Assembly (NCBI RefSeq): GCF_009914755.1 | Contig: NC_060931.1 | DNA from: the human T2T-CHM13v2.0 reference genome, Homo sapiens | Strand: one strand, 5' to 3' | DNA: 64,000 nucleotides | Shown here: piece by piece, positions 59,213-64,000 of the stretch | How the letters are laid out: every line of letters starts with the position of its first letter | How positions within the stretch are numbered: the stretch's first letter is position 1 | Notes under the pieces: model-generated | Told to the model about the DNA's origin: nothing | The model's input: the letters and a program-made list of their open reading frames with translations, nothing else | Database searches by the model: none | Position numbers and translations under genes: made by a program

Positions 59213-61785
59213 TCCAGATGCTACTGGATGTACTGTGGTAAAATGTTCTCCAGACAAATGAATTTTGGATTCACTCCATGCTCTGTTGCCCTCAGTGAGA
59301 TTCACATTTGGAGAAATAAGACATCCTAATGTAAACGAAATTGTTTCACCTTTTTCAATACAGTAGATACACAGTAATATATTTGGAGGCACTACTGATC
59401 CATGGAACATATTTTCAGCGCACCAGCCATCATTCACACATACAAATACAACAGGCACGGAACCTTAAAAAGGCATGTGTCAGTTTAATCTGGACCTACT
59501 GGAATAACATAGGGATATTTTTAAAAGAAATTCATCAGTAAGATTTATGAATGTAGATAGTTAAAATTCTTCCAATAATCAAAGTCCTTAATTATTATTG
59601 AAAATTATGATAAACTATGTTGTTCTCAGTCACATCCTTAATTGACAATGAATTACAGAGAGTGATTTGTTTCTTCAGCAAAAATTATCCATAGGAACAT
59701 TCTTTACAACAAGTGCACGAAGCATAACCCCATGAGCTTCACTTTTCCCACTTAATTTTTATTTTGGCATCACTAACCATTAACATGTAAGCTAAATTTG
59801 AGTCGAGGACCACCTCACTCTAGTCCATCCTACACACACTTAGGTGAAGGGACGCTATACTTTTCTGAGGTCAATTGTTGGTCAGCAAAGAGGGACTCAG
59901 ATATTTCACTGCATCAGCCAAATAATTATTTCTCCACCAATGATTCTGCTCATCCACCTCCTCTAACTCCTTTATTCACAGTGTATTGGAGTCTCTACAA
60001 TGTACTTTTTATGGTGATCCTAACAGTTTTCTCAAGGACAGACATAATGGAGAATAACCCACCTCTACATGGCAGGATTTTGTCCTCCTTTCTTGTGATT
60101 TGTGTCTTCTCAGTGTGTAGCAGAGCTAAGAAAGTCATTAGAGATAAGCAGCAATTGAAAAACACTGCTGGTGTAACATTTGCATTATGGATGAGATGGT
60201 AAGTAACATTTTCTCTGTGCATTCTGTTTAACTCAGTACAACAGATATTAATGGAATTCTATGTGCAATGCCTGTGATAGGCTAGAACAGGGCTCACTGC
60301 TCTAAGGAACAGAGATACATAAATAAATGCTGGCAATTGATAGGGGTCTGGCTTTTCACTTGTTCCACTTCCCCCTCAAAGATCTGACTGATGAGCATGG
60401 CCCTGTATTTGGTAACCTAATAGAAAACAGATGACAATTTGGGTTGTCTGTGCAAGCACATGATAACTGCAGTAAGCAACTTAAATAGGAAATTTGTCCA
60501 GGCCTGGGGCTAAAGCAGAGGTCTTGGGTCACATAAAAAGGTATGCTCACAAGGAGAGGCAGAGTACTAAGTGCACCAAAAATATAAAACAGCTACATAA
60601 GAAGAGAAAGAAAGATAGTAGATCAGCCACTCTTATTGCAGACACAAAGACCAGAGTGAGGACAGGCCTCTCCCACACTCTCAGTGGCAGGCAGAAGAGA
60701 GGGAGAGTTTGTCAAAGGTGGTCTTGCCTTGTTGTGCACTTAGGTGATAATGCCAGCGGTGCACTGCATTAGACATGTCCGGGCATTAGACATGAAGGAT
60801 GGAGGATGTGCTCAGCTTTTGTTATTGAGGCACAAAGTCCTAAGCCTCATGGAAGCTCTGATCCACTCGTCATCTCTATGGCAAAAACAAAACAAAACAT
60901 TCCCTCTAAAAGTTCCCAATGAAAGACCACATGCACAAATTCCATGTTCTTAGTTCTTTACAGGATGGAAACATGGGAAGTGATAGGTAGACTCCTTCTT
61001 ATATGCCATTCAATTGTAAAACTGCATGCAGAACTAAGTACTATTATTATTACATTATATTTTGTGTAATGCAAGGGAGTCTAATAGGAGTTGGTCATCC
61101 TGATTGCCACACACAAATTACTCTGTAAATTACAATTCAATATAATGAACGCAGCATTGGAAGCATGTGTGTAAGGATCAGAAATAGCTGAGGAAAAGCA
61201 CTGAATACTTCTATCTGTAGGAATCTCATTAAAACGGGAAACTCTATAGGACATTTCAAGATAGAATTTTTTTTAGAGATGTTGTTATCTGAATTAGGCA
61301 CTTTAAAGTCTTACGTAATTAACTTTATTGGCTGACTTTAAACATTTAGTCTATTTCAATTTTTCTTTCATTGACTGAATTAAATACTCTTTAATAGCAT
61401 TTACATTAAGCAAAGGACAAACAGAACAGATATAAGTGGCAACGGTCACCTAATCTTACAATTATCCATGCCTAAAAGCTGCCATTCTTCCATGCTTGAC
61501 ATGCCTATGAGTTTACAATGGACACTTGTACAGGAGCATGGAATAGAGGTGGCTGTTAGGATATACTTGTGTGGGGATAGTTGTAATGCTAATGGCAGCT
61601 GTCTGTCTATCTCCCACACCCTAGATATTCATAAGTGCTCTTCATTTTCTGTTCACCAAAACAGAGCTGTATCTTCATATTCTCATTCCCTCAGGCCTGT
61701 AGTATCTCACAGGGGGTGGGGGTGAAGATTATTCACTGGCTTATTTTTCTCTAAGTTTTTTGTTGTTGTCGTTTTGTTTTTTGTT

Positions 61786-61788
<3 letters not shown>

Positions 61789-61832
<44 letters not shown>
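61789..61832. repeat. (TG)22 microsatellite
   Basis: Read directly from the sequence. Confidence 0.95.
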
Positions 61833-61836
<4 letters not shown>

Positions 61837-62033
61837 GGAGGATGGTTCAATGACATTACCTCACCTAGTTAGATAATTTAATGAATGGAAACACTCTTAT
61901 GAAAAAGTCCAATTGACAATATATTGTTAGGGTTAATAATTTTGAGCCAGACATAATCACTACCTTAGCAGTGCCTTAATACCATTTTTTCCCCAAAGGA
62001 TAAAAATCTTAAATTTCCCTAAACAGCTTGTAA

Positions 62034-62380
<347 letters not shown>

Positions 62381-63224
62381 TTCTTTACTTTTATGTACTG
62401 AACAATAGAACTTTAAGAAATGTTCATTTATCAAAATTTGCTACAGAAGAAATCCCATCTATATGCAAAATCAGAGAAATAGCATTGTGTATGTGCATAT
62501 ATGTATGTGTGTGTGTGTGTTAGCACATGCATGTATGTTTGTTGAACACAGCTGGAGACCTGAGATATTATGAAGGAGATTCTGCAGATAAGAATGAAAA
62601 GTTAGGAAGGGTCATTACAGGAAAGAACACATATCCATGCAAATGGGCTTGAATCTTAATCATTAGGAGAATGTGCTTCAAAATGAATTTGCCCCAAATT
62701 AGGGTGTAACGAAATCAGTTTAGCTGGTTACAATCAAGATTTTCTTAAATTAAATAAATTGTAATAGAACAATCAGGGTTTGTCACAAACAGTAAGAATG
62801 AAAGCTGGTTTGTGAAATATTTGTTTTATAATAGATGACAGATTAGATTATGTGTGTTTATACTAAGCATAAAATGTACTTCTTACTGTTCATATGAGCA
62901 AAAGTTTAAAAACTAACATCACAGAGAGATTAAATGTTTATCAGTAGATCATTACTATCTACTTATTCACATCCATTACATAAAAAAATTAGTGTGAGAG
63001 AATCATATGCAAATACAGCTAAAAAGAACAAGAGCAATTATGAATCTAACATCCCAATTTCAAGTTGATGGGGGGAAGCGAGTCCTGAGATGCAAATGTT
63101 TGTCCAAGGTCACACACGTGACGATCGGGGGACCTGTGTACATTCGGGTAACGCTCTCCAGTTCTGTCATTGCTTTTATTCTGCCACTTACCACCATCAT
63201 CAGAGCTAACTACAAATCTGTTAT

Positions 63225-63857
63225 TGAGCGACATTGCTGTCTGGGGTGATAGCTGAGGTTCATTGCCTCATGGCAAGAAAATTAAGGACTCTGGCACACA
63301 CAAGGATTGAGTTTAAGAGTGGACGTTTTAATAGGCAAAAGAAAGAGAAAGGAGAATAGCTCTCACTCCTGGGAGAGAGAGGGATGCCCAAATGGGACTT
63401 TTGGCCTGTGTTGTGCACTGGATTTTACAGACAGGTTTGAGAAGGCAGTGTCTGATTTATATAGGGCCCAAAGATTGGTTGAACCAGGTGTGACGTTTAC
63501 ATAATGCTTGGGGAAGCTGGCTGCCCCACCCTAATCATTATGCAAATGAGGTTGTTGCCTGGCTGGTGCCACATTGCCTGCTCCTTACTGTACATGTGGC
63601 TGTTAAAGAGAAGGGAAGATGGAGCTGTCCTTTTGAACATGCCTAGTCCTAGGTGGCCTTTGTCTATTGGCACAACTGCCAGCATTCACCTTTGCAAGCT
63701 TCCAGCTTGCTTGTCTGTGTCTGCAGCTCAATTTTACAGGCTCCTCTTTATTAGAAAAGAAAATGATTTGGGGGCTGTTTTTCATTAAAAGGAAAATCTT
63801 ACCCAGGACTTCCTTACCCTCACTATCTGCCTAAATTTCTTTTTAACTCCTATATCG
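63225..63857 (-). mobile_element. LTR9 solo LTR (ERV1)
   Basis: Reverse strand starts cgatataggagttaaaaagaaatttaggcagatagtgagggtaaggaagtcc, matching LTR9 as recalled; TSD ttat/ctat. Confidence 0.8.
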
Positions 63858-64000
63858 CTATGGCTGATGGGAAAAAATACTCATTAAAAATATCGTGGCA
63901 TAATAATATATGCTGTATTGTAGGAAATCTAAAATCTATAAAGTGGGTTTTCTTTTAATTACAGAATTTGCATCTTCCCCTGATCCCTTTTACCACAGTC

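Noticed and set aside
59798-60202. 134-aa ORF with hydrophobic stretches
   Set aside because: TTG start, no recognisable domain, and consistent with a chance ORF in T-rich DNA
63635-63655. p53 response element in LTR9
   Set aside because: Only one good half-site (GAACATGCCT); the adjacent decamers do not fit RRRCWWGYYY

Overview
AT-rich primate (most likely human) genomic DNA, intergenic or deep-intronic. I can support no protein-coding exon, RNA gene, processed pseudogene or CRISPR array. The ORF track consists mostly of Alu/LTR/L1-derived or random short ORFs. The window is a mosaic of transposable elements: about 16 Alu copies plus 2 FLAM monomers, old L1 and L2/MIR/L3 fragments, MER20 and Tigger2a DNA transposons, and many LTRs (LTR47-like, MLT2A, MLT1, LTR19-like, LTR12C/D, MER41, LTR8, THE1, LTR9). 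It also holds an internally deleted two-LTR ERVL (LTR16/HERV16-type) provirus. Subfamily names come from my recollection of consensus sequences and need RepeatMasker/Dfam confirmation. The most interesting hypothesis is at 11.9-16.8 kb, where two solo-LTR promoters face each other across closely spaced inverted Alus, a candidate inducible dsRNA source. Smaller findings include templated inverted insertions, nested Alus sharing one TSD, a MER41 with both GAS sites decayed, and candidate cryptic exons. I see no firm evidence of a new biological system.
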